Origin: Octopus bimaculoides | Taxonomy: Eukaryota | NCBI RefSeq assembly: GCF_001194135.2 | Contig: NC_069000.1 | Location: 24,814,642-24,851,030, forward strand | Length of the DNA: 36,389 bases | Reading direction: 5' to 3' | The notes under the pieces: generated by a model | Seen by the model: only the letters and a program-made list of their open reading frames with translations | What the model was told of the DNA's origin: nothing | The model's database searches: none | Program-made: the position numbers and the translations under genes | Part shown: positions 22,301 through 33,300 of the stretch, piece after piece | Position numbering within the stretch: the stretch's first letter is position 1 | Layout: each line of letters opens with the position of its first letter

Positions 22301-24285
22301 AAATCCACAAAAGCCAAGTATAGGGGTTTATCTTTGGCTAGGTATTTCTCCTGCAGTTGCCGTACCAGGAGTATAGCATCAATGGTGCTTCTACCTGACA
22401 CAAAACCGAACTGCATCTTGTCTAGGCAGACTCTCTCCCTAATTAGTTGGGCTATGACCCTCTCCGTGACCTTCATCACCTGATTCGGCATTTTGATACC
22501 CCTGTAGTTATTTCTATCTAAAGCATCACCTCTACCTTTATATCAGTTGACTATGGTACTGCTACACCAGTCACTGGGGTATGACTCCTTTATGAACTAC
22601 CTGGTTTACAATACAGGTGACTAGGCCATAACCCACACTACCAGATATTTTAAGCATCTCAGCAGTGATTCCTGATGGGCCGGGGGCTTTTCCTGACTTC
22701 ATATCCTTAATTGCTTTATCTACCAGAGTGGTGTCTATTCGGATAGCTGGTCTCTCTCTACTGGGTCAACATTTGGCAGGCTCTCCTCCTCCCATTCATT
22801 CTCCACATTCAGCAGCCTTTCATAATGGCTTCTCCAAGCCTCTTTCTTTTCAGAATCATTAAAAGCAAGTGCACCATCAGCCATGCGTATGCATTACTCT
22901 CCTGTGACATCACAATTATCTCTCAAACACTGTCTTGCAATCCGAAATACTTCAGTTCTTTGGTCCTCACGTCGCTAAACATTGGCAAACTTCTTCTTTT
23001 CTGCTTTTCCTTTGGCTATGTATACCTGTCACCCAGCCTCCCTTCTGGCTACCTGGTACAGTTCCCTGCTGCCCCCTCTCTTCCAAGCTTTCCAGGCCTA
23101 TTTCTTTGCTCTAATGGCTTTGTCTACCGCATTATTCCACCACCACATTACTCTAGGTCTGGAAGGGATTTTGCACCAGCTGCAGATTTGGTCTGAGTGC
23201 TCAGTAAGTTGTCTTGTAGGAATTTCCAGCTACCCTCTATATCTGAAGTCTGTAGCTCCTCCTCCCTCTCATCAAATTTCTCAATGTGGATGTCCCTAAA
23301 TCTCTGACCATGTGAAAGTTTCTTAGGCTTCAAAATCCTTCTTTCCTGGATTGGTCTGCTTCTTGGCATCCTTCTGGCCTTGAGTCTAAGGTCACTAATG
23401 ACTAGTCTATAGTGGTAGGTACATTCTTCACCTAGGAGGGTCTTTGTATTTAAGAGCAACCCTGCGTCCCACTGCCTGGCGAGGATGAAATCAATCTGGC
23501 TAGCTAGCAAAGTCACCTGATTGATAGGTTATCTGGTGGCTGTCTGGCTTCCTGAAGTTAGTATTGCAGATTAATAGGTTACATGCATCACAGAACTCCA
23601 GTAGCCTAGTTCCCTCTTTGTTTTGGGAACCAATTCCATGGCCACCGTGTATACCATTGAAGATACCAGATTGCTGTCCAACATGCCCATTAAAATCTCA
23701 TTGCCACTTGTCTTTGAAGTAGTGTGTAAGAGGATATCATAAAAGTGGTCCTTCTGATCATTTGGTAGGTCTGCTTGTGGGGCGTAGACAGAGATAAATG
23801 TAGCTATTCTATTCTGCAGGACTAGCCTGTGCTTAAGCACTCTATCGCATACCCTGACAACCTCTATGACCTTACCCACCCATTTCTCCACAAGGAATAT
23901 GCCTACACCCACTACTCCATCCCTGTTACCTTGCCAGAAGATTTTATACCTATGTGCCTTGTCTGTGAGGACCCTGGCTGAAGCTCCTCTCCATCTTACC
24001 TCTTGTATGCAGCATACATCACGTCTCCATTCAAGCACCTCTGCAATCTCACTAGACCTACCTTTCAGTGTGCCTACATTGAAAGTGCCAACTCTGAAAA
24101 CTGGGAAAGCAATGTGGGGTGAAGCATGGGGAGGGGAGATGTTATTCAGCGTGCGAAAAGAAGGTTTTCATGTTTGTGTGTTAGACATGCTTCACCTGTT
24201 CTCACATCCATCCTGTTGTCATTCAAACATTCAAGCATGTGAAGATTGTTGCCCCTAATGGGAGTAGGATGGGTGCACTTGCCAG

Positions 24286-24326
<41 letters not shown>

Positions 24327-27300
24327 TGTGTCTGGGGAGAGTCATGTTGTCTTAATGCCTTATCTAACACACTCACCAGTTTAATTTCCACTCATTTATT
24401 ATTTATATTTTTTCTTCCAATATTTCATTGCTTTTGCAACCTTGTCAATAGATGTTGACTCTCTCTCTCTCTTTCTATATGTATATAGTCGCCACAATAG
24501 ATTGCTAGCCACTAAACCAGTTTTTATTTTCTCTCACTGTTTATTTCTGTGTTCCTTTCTGTTGATGAGCGTAGACTTGAAACGTAAAAGACTTTCTTAC
24601 TTCCCGAGTGTTAAACTAATACATCTGTTTGTTGTTTATACATCTGTCTTTGTCTTTTTCGTAAATTCTCACTATATATATGTATACACACACACACATA
24701 CATACAGGCATGCCTTCACTCTCTCTCCCAGTTGAGAGGTTAGTGCCACATGTGGGCACCTATGTATATAGCATGTACAATGCACCCAGCACACTCTGTA
24801 AAGTGGTCAGCATTAGGAAGGGCATCCAGCCTGAAAAGCCATGCTAAAACAGACAATTGGAGCCTGGACAGCCCTGTGATTGGCCAGCTCCTGTCAAGCT
24901 GTCCAACCCATGTCAGCATGGGAAATGGATGTTAAACAACAACGATGATGATGCTATTTACTTTTCTACAAAAGATGTACATACCAGCTAGGTAAACCAG
25001 TGCTTTCAATCAGAAGCACCATCTGGTCTTTGTTATGCACAGATGTATCCTTATTACTTTCAGTATCATTAAATCAAGTAAACCAGTGATTGGCTCCATG
25101 GAAACCTATTAAAAATCCTGCTGTTGTCTTCAGAATGCAATAAAATATAAATAAATGTAAAAAAATACACAAAAAGATTAGGTTAGTCTTGAAATCTCAA
25201 GCTTTAATTGTAACTCATCTCAAAATTTTGTATATTTAAAACTTTTATTCTTCTCATTTTTTTTCAATTTCTATTTTACAAGCATTTAAGATCATATTTG
25301 GTGGTGACTCTTTTGTCTTTACAGAACCAGGAATTCTTGGCATAAATTTAGGCAAAAACAAAACATCTGAAAATTCTGAACAGGACTATGCAAGTGGAGT
25401 TAGTTTGTTTGGTCAGCTGGCTGACTTCTTAGTGGTGAATATTTCCAGTCCAAATACTCCTGGACTGCGGAATCTGCAGGGCAGAGAAAATTTAGAGAAA
25501 TTGATTGACAGGGTATGTGGGTATGTGTTTATGTTATACTTTTGTTTGTATTTATTGTGTATTAGTTATCAGGTTGTAAATGTCTGATGTAAGACATTGT
25601 ACATAATATTGTTACAAATTTAAAAGAATATTGACTCTATAGGCACATGCGTGACTGTGTGGTAAGAAGCTTGCTTCCCAACCACATGGCCCAAATTCAG
25701 TCCCACCACATGACACTTTGGGCAAGTGTTTTCTACTATAGCCTTGGGCCAATCAAAGCTTTCTTAGTGGATTTGTTAGACAGAAACTTGAAGAACTATA
25801 TATATAGTTTCAGTAGTCAGGCTGTAGATGTATGGTTGTGATTAAAAAGTTCACTTCCCAACTGAAAGAAGCCTGTTGTGTGTGTGTGTGTGTGTGTGTG
25901 TATAAAAGTTCAATTAGAGATTGAATAAGCCTCATTAAAGGATAATAATATCCAATGAATTTATTGGTTTATCATCTATTTAATTTGAATATTAATTTTA
26001 ATACTCAAAAGTAGGTAATTAAATAAACTGAGGTTCATATTTATTTAAGAAATATAAGAAAATAGAGATAAATCAATTAATAATTATATTTATTACAAAA
26101 ATAGACATAATCCCTGACAGCTGTTTTGATTCAAACTTCAAAGATTTTAATTTAAATAATTAAATCATAATAAAGTAGAATCTCGTCAGAGGTAGAAAAA
26201 AAGATATACCATTACATTTTTATGTGTTATGTGTATGGAGCATTTCAACTAACTGAGTATTGTTTGATAGAAAAATTTGGTATAGACCTTATAAAGTGGG
26301 AAAAGGAAGTATATTTAAAAAAGTAAATATAAAATATATGTGTAACTATAGTGGGGAGAAAGGTAATTAAACACTTATTATCTATTTATCTACATTGGGA
26401 AAATACATATTTTCCCATGTGTAAACAAGAAATATTTCTTTCATCTCTAAGGTTAAGTAGGAGGAATTTTGCCGAGAGAATAAAAAATGTTTCAGTTAAA
26501 GGAAAAAAACATTTTTAGGTGCTGAAGCTATTATATCCCATTTTATATTAAAATTTATATTATCATTTAACTCCCAGATAAATTTGCTTAATCCAGTTGA
26601 GTTGGATTTATGTTTGTTTCTAAATGTGTATAAGAGTGTAGAGATACGTTTTTTATTTGATTTTCAGTAGCCCCAATATAGAAATGTAATTTCTATTTCC
26701 AACAAGATTCTATTTTATAATGATTTAATTATTTTAATTAAAATCTTTAAAGTCTGAATAAAAACAGATGTCAGGGATTATGTCTATTTTTGTAATTAAT
26801 ATGTATAATTATTAATTGATTTATTTCTATTTTCTTATTTTCCTTATATATATATGTGCCAGTGGCACGTAAAAAACACCATTCAAATGTGGTCAATGCC
26901 AGGTCTGCCTGACTGGCATGCCGGTGGCATGTAAAAAGCACCCACTACACTCTTGGAGTGGTCGGCATTAGGAAGGGCATCCAGCTGTAGAAACATTGCC
27001 AGATCAGATTGGAGCCTGGTGCAGCCACTGGCTCTCCAGATCTCAGTCAAACAATCCAACCCATCCTAGCATGGAAAACAGATGTTAGCCAATGATGATG
27101 ATGATATATGTATGTATAATGAATGTCTGTCTATAATTCATGTTATATATAGATACAATTTAATATTATCTTCAGCTTGTTCACCTTCATCAAACACACA
27201 CACGTGTGTGTGTCTGATGAAGGTGAGCAAGTTGAAGATAATATTAAATTGTAGTGTGTGAGTGTGTATTTTTATCTCCTTGGCATCTAGCATTAATTGT

Positions 27301-30300
27301 AAATAAGAATCATCATATAAGCTGTGCTCTTAATTACCAATCTTCTGTGAACACAGATTTGGGTAGGGGGAAATATTATCTTACTTAGAAACAAGTGAGA
27401 ATTGGTGGCAGTAAGGGCATCCAGTCATAAAAAAAGATTTTATTATTGCACATAGTGTTTTCTGCATTGGTCTTTTAACACATACTAACAGCAACAGTTA
27501 TATGCTGGAGAGACATACTATAGTATAAAGGATGAAGGTTTGTTCTTCTAAGAAATGGCAAAAATGCTTTACAGATAAATAAGCTGCCAGTAATTCTCTT
27601 CCAAAAGTGCAGTATCTCGTTTCTGCTGGTTTGAAATGCTTGGAAAAATTAGAAAGAATTGCCAATCATCTTGAACAAATTGTTGCAGTATCCCATTAAG
27701 TCCAACAACGATAGAGGAACCTCTAGAAATGGATGTGCTAGTAGGGTAACTTTAGTTAACTTCTCTTTGATATTGTGAAATGATTGCAACTGTATCGCAT
27801 TTTGAGAGATAGTGGTTGTTCTTTTTATCTTTTATTTTTTGACATTAAGTAACAACTCTGTCAATGGAAATGTGGTTTCTGTACAGTGCAGAATAAATCT
27901 GTAGAAGTTAATAATACTGAGAAATTCTTACAGCTTCTTTAGTGATGCAGAAACAGGTATATTTGCAGTAGCATCAACTTTTTCCCTTAATGGATGAATT
28001 CCATTTCTGACAAATATGTCCTAAAAATGTAATAGAAGAAACACCAAATAGACATTTATTGAGGTTAATTTATCACACTGAAATGTGATAATTTACTAAA
28101 ATGTTCTAAAAGCTGTTTGTGCTGCTCTCTACTGTAGTTGTTGATATAGGCAACACAAGGTCTAAACCACAAGTGACTTTGTTGATATATCTTTGGAATG
28201 TATTAGCAGCATTCTGAAGACCGAAAAGCATTTTAAGAAATTCAAAAAGTCCAAAATGATCAGTTACGGTTGTTTAGGAACATCTGCAGATGCTATAGGA
28301 ATCTGATTGTAGGTGCATACCAAATTGATTTTTGAAAGTACAGCACAACCATGTAAAGAAGGTGAGAAACCATGAATATGTGGATTTGGGTACTTATTGA
28401 GAATAGTTAAAGCATTCAAATGTTTGTAGTCTCCACAAGGATACTGATCTCCGTCAGACTTTTTTGGAACTATATAGAGGAGACCAATTATTACAAGGTC
28501 CAACATGTGGCCAAATTTGTCCTTAGCTATTTTAGCTTGTCAGTGGCAAGACACCTAGGTCATGATGAAGCTAGAGGTCATTTAGTAATAGTATGATGTG
28601 TAACAGAGTGTACTGAACTCTCATTATTAAAAACACTGAGTGACACCTGAAAATTTCTTAAGGATTGTATAATAATGATTACATGTAGAGAGTACAAAGA
28701 AATGAGGACTGACAATAGCAGGTTTACTATTAGACACCCTGCACAGACAATTCTATTTCTGAATCACTTAATCACCTATGTTTCAAATCCACAAGAAGAT
28801 CAAAATGATGCAGGAAGTCAGCACCAAGGATAGTTATGGCAGATAGGAAATTATAAAGATCTTCTTGAATTGATTCCTCAAATTAAGAACCAGAGTCATA
28901 AATTTTTCACCATAAGTGGAAATAGGAAAATGGTAAATAGCTTGATGGTTTCTGTGAGTTGCATAAGAATTTCACTGGCCAAATGCTGCAAGCTGCAACT
29001 AGGAATTGACACTTTGAAATGGTGTAATACATAAAAAAATCCAACATATTGAAAGGCCACCCAAGGATGTAGTCACACTTAGTCCCTGGCAGTGCTCTTT
29101 TAAAGGATGTTTTCTTGAAATTCTCTGGCCATGAGAATTCAAACATAGAATATCTGGAAAATTGCAAATGTTTGAGCTTATCTGTTAAAGTCTGAATTCT
29201 ATATATAGTTGTTTTTACGAAATAATGTCAACTCAGAGGAAATAGAAGAGATGAATGGGACAGGTGAAGTCACCATTCCTTTTTGTTTGTTTGTTTGTTT
29301 TTTTAACAGAAACTAGTTGAAATCATGCAAATGAAAGGATAAAATACTGGCTGTTTTCAGAATCATGTTTGGAAGAAGAGAGTTTTCTTGGTTTTGACAA
29401 GTAGATCTGACTGCTATTTTGAGCAAGATGAAAGATGCGTCTGAGATAATAATGGTCTTTAATGTCATAGCTTGGAGCAGTAGGAGTTGCAGTCAACTCT
29501 TTATCTTTCTCATCATGGTAGTTGTCATGGGTCACCACTGTTGTGAAGATGTTGTCATGGTGATAGTCATGGTAGCTATGTTGGGTGTCACCAGATGTCA
29601 CTAGTAGTATTTGCTGTTGGTGAATGAAAATGTATTTCTAGCTCTGTATGTAGAAGTAATTAACAACACTTGTGAACATTTGACAGAAGATTTTATTCCG
29701 GCACATAGCGCTTTTTGCATTGGACTTTTTTAACAGATACTAACAGCGACAGTTATACACCGAGAGAGACATACTACTGAAATCTACAATGAATTAACTG
29801 ATATAACGAATCTGTGGTGGCTGGCCCATCACAACTGGAAACTAATCGCATGATATTCATGACAACAAAATCTCTGTCTCCTCAGTGATTATCACCAAAA
29901 CCTACCTTTGTACAGGGCTCAATTAGAAAAGTTGTATCATATGATGGCTCGATGCTGATTGGTTGTTTAATTGACCAGTCATATGAAATTACTGTAGTTT
30001 GTTGGTGATGTCTGCTTGACTACCTAGCGATTCAGTTTCGAATCCACTACAATACAATTCTATGTGTATGTTTACAGTGGCTATCATGATGTAAGATTTT
30101 CTGTTTCAATATGTGATCTCAAGCCAAGTTAATTGGCAAACAAATATGCAACTCTGTTTTCAGATTTTGTGTACTTTTCACTTTGTTTATCATGTCTTGT
30201 TTATTTTGTGATGAATTATGTAATGATGACAAACTGCTCCAATATCAACCTTTCATTTATCATTTATTCACTTATTAATTCATTCACAGGCGTTGCTGGA

Positions 30301-33300
30301 ACGTGACCAGTTGAAGTGTGAGAGGAAACCTCCAATTTTGGTGAAAATAGCTCCAGATTTAACAGAATCTGATCGGCAAGATATTGCTCGTGTTGTGATG
30401 AGAGAACATGTAAGTTGTTGCTAATGTTTTGCACTAATTGAACAGACTTATGATCAAAAGTGTTCCAGCCATGACTGTCCCATCTGTTTTTCATACATAA
30501 TGTAAATACATTATTCATTGTGTTCCAACTTCCTAGCAGAGAATGATTTGAGGGAGACTTGGCTGTTTCTCTTTGGCTTGAATAAATTGTTAGCATTTAG
30601 TTCTCTTCCATGTTCTAGTTCACAATTCAGATCTCAGTGATATAAAAACCACCAGGTACAGCCAGGTGTTCATTCCTACTCTTTTCTATATGGAATTTTA
30701 GTTTTGTAAGGATGTGTTGTTTTTAATATTTTAACAATATTAATCAATCTCTAAAATTGTTTTAATTATTTTGCTAAGTACTGGAGATAGCTTCTCACAT
30801 GTTATAGAGGTTTTTATGGCCTCATCAGCAAAGCATAACTTTTACCATGCTAAAGTAGAGATCAAAGAATCAGAAAATGAATATACAAAATTTTACATTT
30901 ATTGGCTGTTGAATGTCCAGGAAATATACATTGTGTGGTTGAATGTCCAGGAAATGTTTGTTGTATTTTTCTCTATAGAAATCATTATTGTTGTTAGATT
31001 CAGGTCAACTAAAAAAAGCATTTTATCCATGACCATCACTTCTTTTTTGTGTTTGTGTATCAAGGACTACATTGTCCAATGTATTCTACTTCAATTAAAG
31101 TGGTAGAATGAGTTAAGGTATAGACATGTGGTTAAGGCACAAACCATGTGGTTAATAGGGTGGAATGAAAATAAAAAATTGTAGAATATTGAAAATGCCT
31201 GAGGACTAAAATGTTGCTATATTTGATTACTAGAAAAATGCTCAATTTTTGCTGAGATCATTCAAAAGCATTTACTCCCTTGATTTCTGAGTATTTCCTC
31301 ATGTCCGCGACATAGAAAAATTAATTTTTTGTCCTTATATAGAATTTGATGAGCTGTCCACAAGGCTTTGGCTTTGTGGATACGAAACCTTAGGTAACTC
31401 TATGTCCAAAATTTAAATTTTTATTGTCATCGAAAAAAGGTTTCCGTGATTTTAGCATGAAATTACTAAGTCTGTATTAAAGGTATAGTATTTATTTAAG
31501 TACCAAAACACAGAAAATCTTACATTTTTCTTACATAACTTAGTAGGTTTTGGTATGAGCTACCTTTGTTGCACGGCAAACATCTAAGCAATAGTCCACC
31601 TCCCTCCAGGTGCGGTGAATCATATCAGGATTCACAGTCGCTATTGTCACATGGATTTTCTCTCTTAAATGTTGCAGATCCTGGATTTTTTTTCTGTGTA
31701 GACAATGTTCTTAAAATAACTCCAAAAGATAAAGTCCATAGGAATTAGCTCAGGGCTTATAGGTGGCCACAAAACAGGACCATTTCTTCTGATCCAACAA
31801 CCAGGGAATCTGTTGTTGAGAGCTTGTTGCACATTATGGCTGTTGTGAGCAGGCACTCTGTCCTGCTGGAAAATTACACTTATTCCCTTTTCTCTTTCAA
31901 TGTCTGCAATTTGAGGGATCACATAAATTTCTAGCATGTCCAGGTAACTAGCACCTGTAATCATGTTTTCTGCAAACATGAAAGGACTAACAACATGATC
32001 ATGCAGGAGTCCACACCACACATTAACCTTGGCAAATCACAGATGTACTGGAAAACTTCATTGAGTTGTTGGTTAACAACTCAATATCCGACTGTTACGT
32101 TGGTTAACACAACCATTTATGTGGAATGTTGCTTCATCACTAAATAAAATTCTGTTAAGATACCTATTATTGTCATCAATTTCTCTCAGCATCGTTACAG
32201 CAAATTCAACGTGGTTAGGCTTATCTGTTTCCTTAATTTTATGTCTCATTTGAATTTTGTAAGCATGCAGTCTTACGCGTTTAAGCAGCACATTTTGAAT
32301 TGTTATTTTGAGCATACGAAATCCAAACTGCGTCGAGCAATGGACTTCTTAGGACTATGCAAACATGACAGTCTCAAATGCTCAACATTCTCTTCCGATG
32401 TGTGTGGCCAGCCTGGAGATTTCTTAATGTTTACATTTCCAGTTTTTTTAAACTAGTTAAACCAATGAACAATGGTTTTGTCTGTAGGTGGATATCGTCC
32501 ATAAGTATGCCGAAAATGATGTTGCACTAAAACAACTGATGTATGTATGGATGGCCATGATTTTCTTAGCTTAACATGTCTTCTCAAGCACAACAAATTG
32601 CCAGAAGTCTTGGTTCTTGTCATCTCAGTTAAGCCCAATGTCCGAAGATCTTTTCTTACCATTTCGTCCCATGTCTTCCTTGGTACTGAGAAATTAAAGT
32701 ATGACAGAGGTAGCCCTGTTATTATTGAGGATATATTTAGCTACCTCAGTAGGACAAAGGAGGAGAGGAAGTTAAGAGAGAGTTGGACTGAGAGAGAGAG
32801 AAAGGACCTGCCTACAGGTAACAATGGGGCTTGTATATAGGTTCTCTCCATAATTAGAATTTCAGTATAGAATACCGTCTATACTAAAGAATATTATGGC
32901 TAGATTTTGTTGAAGAGGCCTGAATTATAACCCTTCAGGTCTCTTTAACTAAAGATCTGATTATATAACTTTAGAAGCAACATGGGTAAATGGATAGAGT
33001 ACTGGTATATAAAAAGCCATGTATTCAAATCATTTGATGCAGCATTTCACTGTGCATCTGCGCATTAAGTATTCATGCCTAATTTCACATAGAGTTTAAA
33101 AATAGATTACATTTATCAAGTATACTTATTTCTCTTTGCAGCTGAGGAGATATTTATATTTTACATGTATTGAATGTGCAATGCATATCTTGTCAACTGT
33201 CAGGTCAAGTTAGAGTGATTTCTTAGTTTTGATTCAACCTGTGTGATGCATTTCAGAACTCAGAAATCTATTTTGTATTTTTCTCTCACAGAAATACATA

